Part shown: piece by piece, positions 1 to 8,474 of the stretch | Layout: every line of letters starts with the position of its first letter | Position numbering within the stretch: position 1 is the first letter of the stretch | Origin: Nitrosomonas europaea | GTDB taxonomy: Bacteria > Pseudomonadota > Gammaproteobacteria > Burkholderiales > Nitrosomonadaceae | Direction of reading: 5' to 3' | Assembly (NCBI RefSeq): GCF_900167395.1 | Contig: NZ_FUWK01000025.1 | Span: forward strand, 1-32,000 | Length of the DNA: 32,000 nt | The notes under the pieces: model-generated | Seen by the model: only the letters and a program-made list of their open reading frames with translations | Databases searched by the model: none | Told to the model about the DNA's origin: nothing | Made by a program: the position numbers and the translations under genes

Positions 1-245
1 AAAACATCGAATATCTTTTCCCAAATACCGGCCTGTGCCCACCGCGTAAAGCGTTTGTGAGCAGTTTTCCATTTGCCATACCGCTCCGGCAGGTCATGCC
101 AGTGCGCGCCGGAGCGTAAAACCCATAAAACACCATTTATGAACAATAGATTATCAGCACCATGTCGGCCACGATCCCCAATTTTCCCCGGTATAAACGG
201 CTCTATTCGACACCATTGCTCCCTGTTCAATTCATAGCGTTTCAT
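1..245 (-). CDS. IS5-family (IS427/IS1031-like) transposase, N-terminal part, truncated by the window edge
   Basis: Hand translation of the complement from the ATG at 245-243 gives MKRYELNREQWCRIEPFIPGKIGDRGRHGADNLLFINGVLWVLRSGAHWHDLPERYGKWKTAHKRFTRWAQAGIWEKIFDV. This is the conserved N-terminal region of IS5-family transposases (WxxIxPxxP...GRxxxxxRxxxNGxLWVLRxGxxWxDLPxxYGxWxTxxxRFxRW). It is absent from the ORF track because it runs off the window. Confidence 0.8.
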   Translation of the reverse strand, partial: MKRYELNREQWCRIEPFIPGKIGDRGRHGADNLLFINGVLWVLRSGAHWHDLPERYGKWKTAHKRFTRWAQAGIWEKIFDV

Positions 246-296
246 ACATTCCTCACTGAAAATGTTAGACCTCTTTCAGTAAAGCAAAAATTATAG
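1..296 (-). mobile_element. One end of an IS5-family insertion sequence (partial; the rest lies beyond the window start)
   Basis: The transposase gene reads toward the window start. A 51-nt non-coding tip (246-296) contains a 7-bp inverted repeat, ACTGAAA (255-261) / TTTCAGT (274-280). The adjacent flippase frame is closed by an in-frame TAG at 294-296, so the IS/host junction is placed near 296. The exact terminal repeat cannot be defined without the other IS end. Confidence 0.6.
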
Positions 297-764
297 ATGT
301 TGAGAATCCGTAAATGTCGATTTGTCCTAGGAACAATTCTAAGTAATGTTTTCTTGCCACATTTATCCAGAAATCTGGAAGATCATCCTGTTTATATGAA
401 AATAATGATGATTTCTGGACTTATGCTGACTCTGGGGATAGCTATTTTCTCTGACGCGATTTCCAGTATTCTTTTTTCTGGTAATTCGGACGAGATATCC
501 ACGTATATGCGGATTTTATCCTTGTGGATAATCTTCATTTTTATCAGAAATGCAACCGGGGCTAATTACCTGATGTTGGTTGGGAGAGAGCATATTTACA
601 AAAATATCGTTCTCTATACTTCGGTCACATCTGCGGTGGTAGGAGTTTATTTAATTCAAAAATACCAAGCCTATGGAGCGATATCTGTAGTAGTTGGCTC
701 ATCATTCATAATGGCTGTGCTGACCTACTGGTATTACGTTCAAGCTTTAGATAATAAAAGATGA
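297..764 (+). pseudogene. C-terminal fragment (about 155 aa) of a Wzx-type MOP-family polysaccharide flippase, apparently truncated by the IS
   Basis: About four hydrophobic helices plus the motif ...VFLPHLSRN... typical of the last third of Wzx/polysaccharide-biosynthesis proteins, which are normally about 400-480 aa. An in-frame stop lies directly upstream (294-296). The stop overlaps the next gene start (ATGA at 761-764). Confidence 0.55.
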
Positions 765-1906
765 TCAGCTTAATTTTTTGTGGAGATTACGCGCCTTGTC
801 GAAGATTTGAGGCAATCGTACTTGAAAGAGGTAGTGCCATACTTGGAAATGCTGCGATTGAAATAAAGACAGCAGATTTCTCATTTGTCAATCTCGAGTG
901 CCCCCTGACTGATCATCAGGTAGCTATCAATAAATCCGGCCCGGCACTAAGAGCAGGCCCTCAATGTGCGAGTGGGATTGCAGATTTCACTGTTGCAGGC
1001 CTTGCCAATAACCATAGTTTGGATTATGGGGTTCAAGGGTTGATTGATACTATCACCGCATGCCGATCTGTTGGAGTGTCGACGGTTGGTGCAGGAATTA
1101 ATCTTGCTGAAGCACAGAAAATCCATATATCTAAGGTTAAGGGAAAGAAACTTGCCGTCATTGCTGTTGCTGAGCATGAGTTTAACCAATCCGAGAATAA
1201 TGGCCCAGGTAGTGCACCACTAGATCCTGTTGATAATTATTATCAAATACGAGAAGCTCAAGCCAAGGCAGATATTGTTATTGTCACAATACATGGCGGC
1301 AATGAGCATTTTCACTATCCAAGACCTGGTTTAAGAAAACTGTGCAAGCATTACATTGACTTAGGCGTAAATGCGGTTATCTGCCATCATCCACACGTAC
1401 CAGGTGCTTATGAAATATATAACGGGAGACCTATTGTCTATTCTTTGGGTAATTTTGTTTTTGACACGTTATCTATGGTTCATGAATGGGATGTCGGATA
1501 CATGGCAAAACTTAAGTTCAATGAAGTGGATTGTACGTTTGAGGCGATAGAAATTATTCCCTATAGACAATCGATCACAGTTGAGGGTGTTGAGTTGTTG
1601 AGAGGAGATGAGCGTGATAAAGCTGTTTCCAAAATTGAAGCATTAAGAAATGCCGTGCAAGAAAATGAGGTGTGGCTAAATGAATGGAATTCTTTTGTAA
1701 AGCAGCGAACACATAATTACCTTCTAAGACAGTTTTTCCCTTTTATTTTTCCTGGAGCAGGAAGATTAGCCAGAAATATTCCAATAATAAAATTATTTTT
1801 TAATAGAAAAAATTCTCTTGCAAAATTGAATTTGATTAGGTGTCAATCACATCGAGAGGTGCTTATATCAGTTATTCAGGCAGAATCTCCCCGTCGAGAG
1901 TTATAA
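761..1906 (+). CDS. CapA/PGA_cap-family metallophosphatase-fold protein (poly-gamma-glutamate capsule CapA/PgsA-like)
   Basis: 381 aa. Motifs FCGDYAP, GLANNHSLDYG, HGGNEH, ICHHPHV and SLGNFVFD match the CapA family pattern. The start overlaps the previous stop (ATGA). Confidence 0.7.
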   Translation: MISLIFCGDYAPCRRFEAIVLERGSAILGNAAIEIKTADFSFVNLECPLTDHQVAINKSGPALRAGPQCASGIADFTVAGLANNHSLDYGVQGLIDTITACRSVGVSTVGAGINLAEAQKIHISKVKGKKLAVIAVAEHEFNQSENNGPGSAPLDPVDNYYQIREAQAKADIVIVTIHGGNEHFHYPRPGLRKLCKHYIDLGVNAVICHHPHVPGAYEIYNGRPIVYSLGNFVFDTLSMVHEWDVGYMAKLKFNEVDCTFEAIEIIPYRQSITVEGVELLRGDERDKAVSKIEALRNAVQENEVWLNEWNSFVKQRTHNYLLRQFFPFIFPGAGRLARNIPIIKLFFNRKNSLAKLNLIRCQSHREVLISVIQAESPRREL

Positions 1907-1965
1907 ATAAGTAGGGTATTTTTCGTGGGAAATAAAAGTGAAAAATTTTTAATTTAGGGGTAAAT

Positions 1966-3000
1966 ATGAGCCCTAAAGCAGCCATACATAACCGATCAGG
2001 GAGCTTCAGCGATCGCTGGATAGCGTATTGCCAGCAAAGAAATATTCCATACAAAACAGTTGATTGCCATTCATCCGATATCATTGAAGAACTGGCTGAT
2101 TGTTCGTTTCTGATGTGGAACTGGAGCCAGACCTATGCCGAAGATATGTTGATCGCACGCGGTTTGATCAAAGCTGTGGAGTCGATGGGAATCCGGGTTT
2201 TCCCGAATTCTGAAACCTGTTGGCATTTTGACGACAAGGTAGCACAGAAATACCTGATGGAAGCTTTAGGGGTTCCCATGGTTAAGAGTTATGTTTTTCT
2301 TGATCGAGCCAGGGCGCTGGAGTGGGCCAGGAAAACGGAATATCCAAAGGTTTTTAAATTGAGAGGGGGGGCTGGAAGCAGCAATGTTTTTCTGGTGAAC
2401 GATATAAACAAAGCAGAAAGGCTTATTAATAAAGCTTTTTCAACCGGTTTTCCACCGGTTTCACGCTGGAATGCCCTGAGTGAGCGCTGGTGGCAGTTTA
2501 AAAGAGACAAGACTTTTATTTCTTTTTTCAATATCTCCAGAGGGATCTTTCGTGCACTGATTAAGAACCCTACCCTTGAACGTTTGCCAGTTCAAAGAAA
2601 TTATGCCTATTTCCAGGATTTTGTTCCTGATAACGATTCCGATATTCGTGTAATAGCCATAGGAAAAAGGGCATTTGGTATCAAAAGGATGGTACGTGAA
2701 GGGGATTTCAGAGCATCCGGAAGTGGAAAAATTCTGTATGACCCGGAATTGATTCCCGAAGCTTGTATCAGGATGACATTTGATCTGGCAAAAAAAACCA
2801 GATCGCAATCTCTTGTTCTGGACTTTATTTTTTCTGATGGTAGCCCGTTGGTTGTAGAGATGAGTTATGCATTTGCATCTCACGGTTATTTATCCTGTCC
2901 CGGTTACTGGAGAAATGACATGACGTGGGTAGAGGGAAGTTTCCATCCTGAAGATTTCATGGTGGATGATCTGATCGTGTCTTCGGTAGAGAGGAGCTGA
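1966..3000 (+). CDS. ATP-grasp-fold ligase-like protein
   Basis: 344 aa. The layout DDKVAQKYLMEALGVP...YPKVFKLRGGAGSSNVFLV...DIRVIAIG...FRASGSG...LVLDFIF...VVEMS resembles RimK/ATP-grasp enzymes. The stop TGA (2998-3000) overlaps the ATG of the next gene (3000-3002). Confidence 0.5.
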   Translation: MSPKAAIHNRSGSFSDRWIAYCQQRNIPYKTVDCHSSDIIEELADCSFLMWNWSQTYAEDMLIARGLIKAVESMGIRVFPNSETCWHFDDKVAQKYLMEALGVPMVKSYVFLDRARALEWARKTEYPKVFKLRGGAGSSNVFLVNDINKAERLINKAFSTGFPPVSRWNALSERWWQFKRDKTFISFFNISRGIFRALIKNPTLERLPVQRNYAYFQDFVPDNDSDIRVIAIGKRAFGIKRMVREGDFRASGSGKILYDPELIPEACIRMTFDLAKKTRSQSLVLDFIFSDGSPLVVEMSYAFASHGYLSCPGYWRNDMTWVEGSFHPEDFMVDDLIVSSVERS

Positions 3001-4100
3001 TGCATATCGCCATATACCTTCCATCTCTGCGTGGTGGTGGCGCTGAGCGGGCTATGGCTACACTGGCCAATGGTTTTGCCGATCGAGGGTTGAAGGTGGA
3101 TCTGGTACTGGTCCGTGCTGAGGGCCCTTATCTTTCTGAAGTTTCACCCGGCGTGCGTATCGTGGATTTGCAGTCCAATCGGGTACTGACTAGTTTGCCT
3201 GGCTTGGTACGATACTTGCGCCGGGAGCGACCTCAAGCGATGCTATCCGCGCTCAATCATGCCAATGTGATTGCTGTCGTGGCGAGAATGCTGGCTGGAG
3301 TGCCTGCCCGTCTGGTAGTGAGCGAACGTAACAATGTTTCATTATCCGGCAGCTCTTCAAAAAATTTGCGTTCGCGTGTGGTGTTACACATGATGCGATG
3401 GGCCTATCGTAAAACAGATGGGGTGACGGCAGTATCCGGAGGTGTAGCGGATGATCTGGCAAATGCCATCAACCTGCCGCGTGATCGGATATCTGTAATT
3501 TTCAACCCGGTGGTAACACCAGAATTGATCGAAAAATCCAGGATGCCGCTGGAACATCCTTGGCTGGGAGAGGGTAAACCCCCTGTTATTCTGGGCGTAG
3601 GAAGGCTTACACCACAAAAAGATTTTTCTACTCTGATCCATGCTTTTGCCCAAGTACGTACTGTGCGTGACTGCCGTCTTGTAATCCTGGGAGAAGGAGA
3701 GTTGCGTGCGGAGCTGGAACAGCTGGTAGCGTCCCTTGGAGTACAGGATAGCGTCCAGCTTCCGGGGTTTGCTGATAACCCTTTCGCATGGATGAGCCGT
3801 GTGCGGTTGTTTGTGCTGTCTTCCAGATGGGAGGGGTTGCCAAATGTACTGATTCAGGCAATGGCTTGTGGTACTGCTGTTGTGAGTACTGATTGCCCGA
3901 GTGGACCGGATGAGATTCTGGAAGGGGGGAAGTGGGGAAGGTTGGTACCGGTGGGGGATGAAGAGGCATTGGCAGAGGCAATGGTTACCTTACTGGGAAT
4001 GCCAGAAAATCAATTGTCTGATGTACGTCAGCGTGCTGGTGGTTTTAGACCGGAACTGGCCGTAGATGCTTACCTAAAAATACTGAGGAGTATGCGCTGA
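3000..4100 (+). CDS. Glycosyltransferase, GT4 family (Glycos_transf_1)
   Basis: 366 aa. N-terminal YLPSLRGGGAERA and C-terminal SSRWEGLPNVLIQAMACGTAVVSTD fit a GT-B retaining glycosyltransferase. The usual E-x7-E motif reads E-x7-Q here. Confidence 0.8.
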   Translation: MHIAIYLPSLRGGGAERAMATLANGFADRGLKVDLVLVRAEGPYLSEVSPGVRIVDLQSNRVLTSLPGLVRYLRRERPQAMLSALNHANVIAVVARMLAGVPARLVVSERNNVSLSGSSSKNLRSRVVLHMMRWAYRKTDGVTAVSGGVADDLANAINLPRDRISVIFNPVVTPELIEKSRMPLEHPWLGEGKPPVILGVGRLTPQKDFSTLIHAFAQVRTVRDCRLVILGEGELRAELEQLVASLGVQDSVQLPGFADNPFAWMSRVRLFVLSSRWEGLPNVLIQAMACGTAVVSTDCPSGPDEILEGGKWGRLVPVGDEEALAEAMVTLLGMPENQLSDVRQRAGGFRPELAVDAYLKILRSMR

Positions 4101-4157
4101 TATCTAGTTGTTGGGGTACTGGCGGATGGTTTTCTGAGAGTATTAAGCAGAAATAAA

Positions 4158-5150
4158 GTGAAAACCACAATAGACAGAGCAACATTTAATGCCATTGCAG
4201 TTCTGGGGTTCGTTACAGTTATTATTTCAGTGCCATGGGAGGAAATTTTTCGCGCTGTCAATGGCTATGGATTTGTTGATAAGGGAGTTTATTCAGAATA
4301 TTTTCTTTATAAAACCAGTGTTCTTGACTATAAAGAATTTAGTGGGGTTTTGAGCTATGTTTCGAATGAATTTCTGTGGCATTACGCAATAGGTTGGTTG
4401 GTCAACAATACCGGCATCCTGATCGATCATGTGTTTCTGGCAATTTCTTTTATTACGTTGCTGATTTTTGGGTTGTTATTGGCAAAATGGCAGAGTATTT
4501 ACGCACTTCCCTTGCTTGTAAATCCACTAGTCATTGATTTTGCTTTTTCGCAGTACCGGCTTGCGCTGGCGATATCGATTCTGGGCGCGGCCTATCTGTT
4601 GCATGGGCGATACAGAGCAATTCCTTTTGCTTTGGTGCTGACTTCTTTATTCATACATTCTGGAACAACATTGTTCATTCTGATATATGCAGCGGTCTGG
4701 TTGGCTCAATGGCTTTCTATACGTTTCCGGATAGGCTGTTCGACAGTGTTTGCCATACTCTTTGCTGTTGGTGCCTTCATATCACTTTTGATTGGTCCGT
4801 TACGTGAGGCTCTGCTATCGGCGATAGAGGATCGCCGTGCTGAATACCACGATATGTCCAGCTCTTTGTTGTACTCCTTGTTCTGGATAGCTTTGCTTAT
4901 TCCCTTTTATTTAGGTCGTCGATATTTAGTGACATTAGATTATGCACGTTATGCGCTGGTAATCGTTTCTATCGTTTTCGTGAATGTATTTCATGGCGGA
5001 TATTCAACAAGATTTCTGGCTGCTGCATTTCCAGGTCTTGTTTCTGCAGTTTTAAGTTTGCACGGCGTAATAAAAATAATGATTTTAGTCCTGTTTATTG
5101 TCTATGCTGTGTTTCAATGGTTGTATTGGCTCCGCATATTGAGTGGTTAA
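4158..5150 (+). CDS. Polytopic membrane protein, putative Wzy/EpsG-like polysaccharide polymerase
   Basis: 330 aa with about 9-10 hydrophobic segments. It is AT-rich compared with the flanking glycosyltransferase genes and sits between them, as wzy genes usually do. GTG start. No sequence motif was recognised with certainty. Confidence 0.45.
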   Translation: MKTTIDRATFNAIAVLGFVTVIISVPWEEIFRAVNGYGFVDKGVYSEYFLYKTSVLDYKEFSGVLSYVSNEFLWHYAIGWLVNNTGILIDHVFLAISFITLLIFGLLLAKWQSIYALPLLVNPLVIDFAFSQYRLALAISILGAAYLLHGRYRAIPFALVLTSLFIHSGTTLFILIYAAVWLAQWLSIRFRIGCSTVFAILFAVGAFISLLIGPLREALLSAIEDRRAEYHDMSSSLLYSLFWIALLIPFYLGRRYLVTLDYARYALVIVSIVFVNVFHGGYSTRFLAAAFPGLVSAVLSLHGVIKIMILVLFIVYAVFQWLYWLRILSG

Positions 5151-6271
5151 TGGAAACTGTTCATATTATCTCTGGCCTTAACGATGGCGGTGCGGAGGCG
5201 GTTCTGTACCGTTTGTGCAGCAGTGATAAAGCAGCAGAACATTATGTCATTTCATTGATGGATGAGGGTAAATATGGTGCTTTGTTGCGTGAGGCCGGGG
5301 TGCAGGTATCTTGTCTGAGCATGCCACGGGGCAGAGTCACGTTAGGTGGCCTGTGGCGATTGTGGCGATTGCTGCGTCAGATTCGTCCGCAAGCAGTGCA
5401 GACGTGGATGTATCACGCTGATCTGGTTGGTGGATTGATTGCCCGTCTGGCTGGAGTAAAACAAGTGTTTTGGGGAATCCACCATACCACGCTGCATGCT
5501 GGGCAATCTAGACGTTCTACAATTTGGGTCGCCAGATTATGTGCTCGTATCAGTTCCTGCCTGCCTTCAGCCATCATCTGCTGCGCGCAGAAAGCCCTGG
5601 AAGCACATCGTGAGCTGGGTTATGCAGCAGAAAAATTACGAGTGATTCCCAATGGTTACGATCTGGTTCGTTTTCGTGTCGATGAAGATGCGCGTGTACG
5701 GTTGCGTACAGAATGGAATACAGGTAGCCGCTGGCTGATCGGTATGGTAGGGCGGTTTGATCCACTGAAAGACCATAAAAATCTGCTGGATGCATTGGCG
5801 ATTGTTAAGTACCGTGGCGTGGATTTTTGCTGTGTGTTGGCTGGCCGTGGCCTGGATCAGAATAATGCGCAGTTGATGGCCTGGCTGACAGAGCTGGATC
5901 TGGCTGGTGAAGTGAAGCTATTGGGGCAGCGCATGGATATACCTGATGTGATGAATGCGCTGGATGTGCATGTGCTATCCAGTTCCAGTGAAGCATTTCC
6001 CAATGTAGTAGCTGAAGCCATGGCCTGTGGAACATCAGTAGTAACGACGAATGTAGGTGATGCTGCTCTGATTGTTGGTGAGACCGGTTGGGTAGTCCCA
6101 GCCAGAAATCCGGGAATGCTTGCTGATGCTCTGTTGCAGGCGTATGTAGCCATGCATGATGAGGCGGCCTGGCAGGTGCGCTGTACTGCTGTACGGCAGC
6201 GGGTGGAAGATCATTTCAGTCTGGAGCGCATGGTCGAAAATTATCATCTTGTCTGGCAAAATAAATTGTAG
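5150..6271 (+). CDS. Glycosyltransferase, GT4 family
   Basis: The start was moved to the ATG at 5150 (METVHIISGLNDGGAE...), which overlaps the previous TAA by 1 nt. C-terminal SSSEAFPNVVAEAMACGTSVVTTNVGD contains a canonical E-x7-E motif. Confidence 0.8.
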   Translation: METVHIISGLNDGGAEAVLYRLCSSDKAAEHYVISLMDEGKYGALLREAGVQVSCLSMPRGRVTLGGLWRLWRLLRQIRPQAVQTWMYHADLVGGLIARLAGVKQVFWGIHHTTLHAGQSRRSTIWVARLCARISSCLPSAIICCAQKALEAHRELGYAAEKLRVIPNGYDLVRFRVDEDARVRLRTEWNTGSRWLIGMVGRFDPLKDHKNLLDALAIVKYRGVDFCCVLAGRGLDQNNAQLMAWLTELDLAGEVKLLGQRMDIPDVMNALDVHVLSSSSEAFPNVVAEAMACGTSVVTTNVGDAALIVGETGWVVPARNPGMLADALLQAYVAMHDEAAWQVRCTAVRQRVEDHFSLERMVENYHLVWQNKL

Positions 6272-6272
6272 C

Positions 6273-7415
6273 TTGGATAAAAAAGTCATCATCGCACTCA
6301 ATGCTGCATGGAATCTGGTGAATTTTCGTGCGAATCTGATTCGTGGTTTGGCCGCTGCGGGATATGAGGTGGTGGCAATTGCGCCGCCGGATGAGTATGC
6401 GCCACGATTGGCGGAGTTGGGCTGCCGCTATGTACCGCTATCGATGGATAATAAGGGGACGCACCCAGGGCGGGATCTACTGCTTTTCTGGCGTTTTCTG
6501 CAACTGTTGCGTAAAGAAAAACCGGCAGTCTATCTGGGGTATACAGTCAAACCGAATATTTATGGTTCACTGGCAGCTCATTTGCTGGGTGTACCGGTAA
6601 TCAACAACATTGCCGGGCTGGGGGCGGTATTTATCCAGGAAGGGTGGCTGACCCGTCTGGTACAAAGATTGTATCGTGTGGCTTTATCACGCTCAGCAAA
6701 GGTATTTTTTCAGAATAATGTGGACAGAGCCCTGTTTGTTTCAAAAAATCTGGTATCGGATGTAGTTACTGATCGCTTGCCGGGTTCAGGTATCGATCTC
6801 AACCGTTTTGTACCCGTACCTCTGCCCGATAAGACCCCTTTACGCTTTCTGCTGATTGCGCGCATGTTGTGGGATAAGGGGGTGGGTGAATTTGTTGAGG
6901 CAGCGCGTATTCTGAAAAAACAGGGGGTGAATGCGGAATTTTGCCTGCTGGGTTTTCTGGATGTACAAAACCCGACAGCCATTTCACGCCAGCAGATGGA
7001 TGAATGGATAGCAGAGGGAGTCATTCGCTATCTGGGAGTGAGTGATAACGTGGCGGAAGAAATTGCGCTGGCTGATTGCGTTGTCTTGCCTTCCTATCGG
7101 GAGGGTATTCCCCGTACTCTGCTCGAAGCAGCAGCGATGGCGCGTCCCATTGTAGCAGCGGATGCTGTCGGTTGCCGTGATGTCGTTGATGACAGTATCA
7201 ATGGTTATTTGTGCAGACCGCGGGATGCTACTGATCTTGCTGATAAAATTTCCAGAATAGTTGCGTTATCCTGCATTGAGCGTACAGCTATGGGATTGCA
7301 CGGCAGAGAAAAGATGGAGCGAGAATTTGATGAGCGGATCGTGATCGATAAATATCTGCGGGCGATCGAGGAAATATTGAATCGCCCGGAACCATCACCA
7401 TCAGGACAGTCCTGA
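6273..7415 (+). CDS. Glycosyltransferase, GT4 family (WbuB/Glyco_trans_4-like N-terminus)
   Basis: The likely TTG start at 6273 lies directly after the previous stop (6269-6271) and gives LDKKVIIALNAAWNLVNFRANLIRGL.... C-terminal PSYREGIPRTLLEAAAMARPIVAADAVG contains an E-x7-E motif. The longer track ORF (from 6156) overlaps the upstream gene. Confidence 0.75.
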   Translation: MDKKVIIALNAAWNLVNFRANLIRGLAAAGYEVVAIAPPDEYAPRLAELGCRYVPLSMDNKGTHPGRDLLLFWRFLQLLRKEKPAVYLGYTVKPNIYGSLAAHLLGVPVINNIAGLGAVFIQEGWLTRLVQRLYRVALSRSAKVFFQNNVDRALFVSKNLVSDVVTDRLPGSGIDLNRFVPVPLPDKTPLRFLLIARMLWDKGVGEFVEAARILKKQGVNAEFCLLGFLDVQNPTAISRQQMDEWIAEGVIRYLGVSDNVAEEIALADCVVLPSYREGIPRTLLEAAAMARPIVAADAVGCRDVVDDSINGYLCRPRDATDLADKISRIVALSCIERTAMGLHGREKMEREFDERIVIDKYLRAIEEILNRPEPSPSGQS

Positions 7416-7495
7416 GTTTGTGTTCAGGTACCTGAAAGCTGGCATGGCTCTTCAGGCTGAATTACTTTGCACTGAAAAGCCAGTTCGCCTGTGAT

Positions 7496-8263
7496 TCAGA
7501 CAGGCAAGGCTGCAGGGGTTTTGCGCCTTTGTGCTGCGCCCATCCCTAAAATCCCCAGACCGATCAACGCAATCGTAGCTGGCTCTGGTATCGCACTGAG
7601 TGCTACGGTGAGTGAAAAGTTGACAGGACTGGTGGGAAGTGGCTGTTCTGGGCCAAACAAAATTAGTGCGAGCCCATTTAGATCATCTTTTGACCAGGCT
7701 TCGAATTCGCCAGTAGCATAGGCGGGTGTAGACCCGGGGCCAGGCGTAAGATTGCTTAGTGTGTAATTCCATGAAGCTTCAACCGTTGTTCCTGGTGGTG
7801 CTGGTGGCGTTGGTATTGTTGCTGTGAAGGAACCATTTGTATTGGCCAGTACAGCGGTGACAAATGCATAAGCTGTATTCCATAACGGGTCGGATTGCAG
7901 ATCAGCCAGTGTGGCAAATGACTTTGATCGTGTGTCATAAAATGAAATAACTGGATTGTCAGGGGGGGCTTCTGCATACAGGGAAACAGAGGCCTGATAG
8001 GCATAGGCTGCCGGGTTGCTGATCCCGGAAAGGGTATTGCTAAATGTAAATGACCCAGTGGCGTATTCTTTGGCCCCGGCAGCATCTGGTGAGCCATCGC
8101 TTATTCCACAACCTGTCGCACCATTGGCACCATAGGAAAAACAACCACCAGTTATGTCCAGTACCATCGAGCCAGCTACACCAGCCTGGGCGGGTGTTAT
8201 TGATAGTCCTAAAATGATTCCTGTTATCGCAACACCATGTTTGATCCCGGATTTAAAGTCCAT
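7496..8263 (-). CDS. PEP-CTERM domain secreted protein (predicted exosortase substrate)
   Basis: 255 aa. N-terminal signal peptide (...ITGIILGLSITPAQA). The body is rich in Thr, Ser, Ala, Gly and Pro. The C-terminus IPEPATIALIGLGILGMGAAQRRK carries the PEP motif, a TM helix and a basic cluster. Confidence 0.85.
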   Translation of the reverse strand: MDFKSGIKHGVAITGIILGLSITPAQAGVAGSMVLDITGGCFSYGANGATGCGISDGSPDAAGAKEYATGSFTFSNTLSGISNPAAYAYQASVSLYAEAPPDNPVISFYDTRSKSFATLADLQSDPLWNTAYAFVTAVLANTNGSFTATIPTPPAPPGTTVEASWNYTLSNLTPGPGSTPAYATGEFEAWSKDDLNGLALILFGPEQPLPTSPVNFSLTVALSAIPEPATIALIGLGILGMGAAQRRKTPAALPV

Positions 8264-8474
8264 CTCTTGTAGTCTCCTGAATGATGAATGACCGTTTCTG
8301 ATGATAGGTGGCTACACTCGGCCTTTCCTCCATATTTGGATGATAATTGCATGGAGTATATGACAATATACTTTCAGGGAATGTAGCTAATGCTTTATAC
8401 CATAAAGTAAATTTTATGGACACCTTGTGCCGGCTCTTGGGTTGCAGTCAGAGTTCCGGTTGCCTGGAAAATAC

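Noticed and set aside
7423-7481. Palindrome TTCAGGTACCTGAA (7423-7436) and hairpin GGCTCTTCAG/CTGAAAAGCC (7446-7455/7472-7481) between the convergent GT and PEP-CTERM genes
   Set aside because: It is plausibly a terminator region. However, the stems are short or mismatched and lack U-tracts on either strand, so it is too weak to list as a feature.
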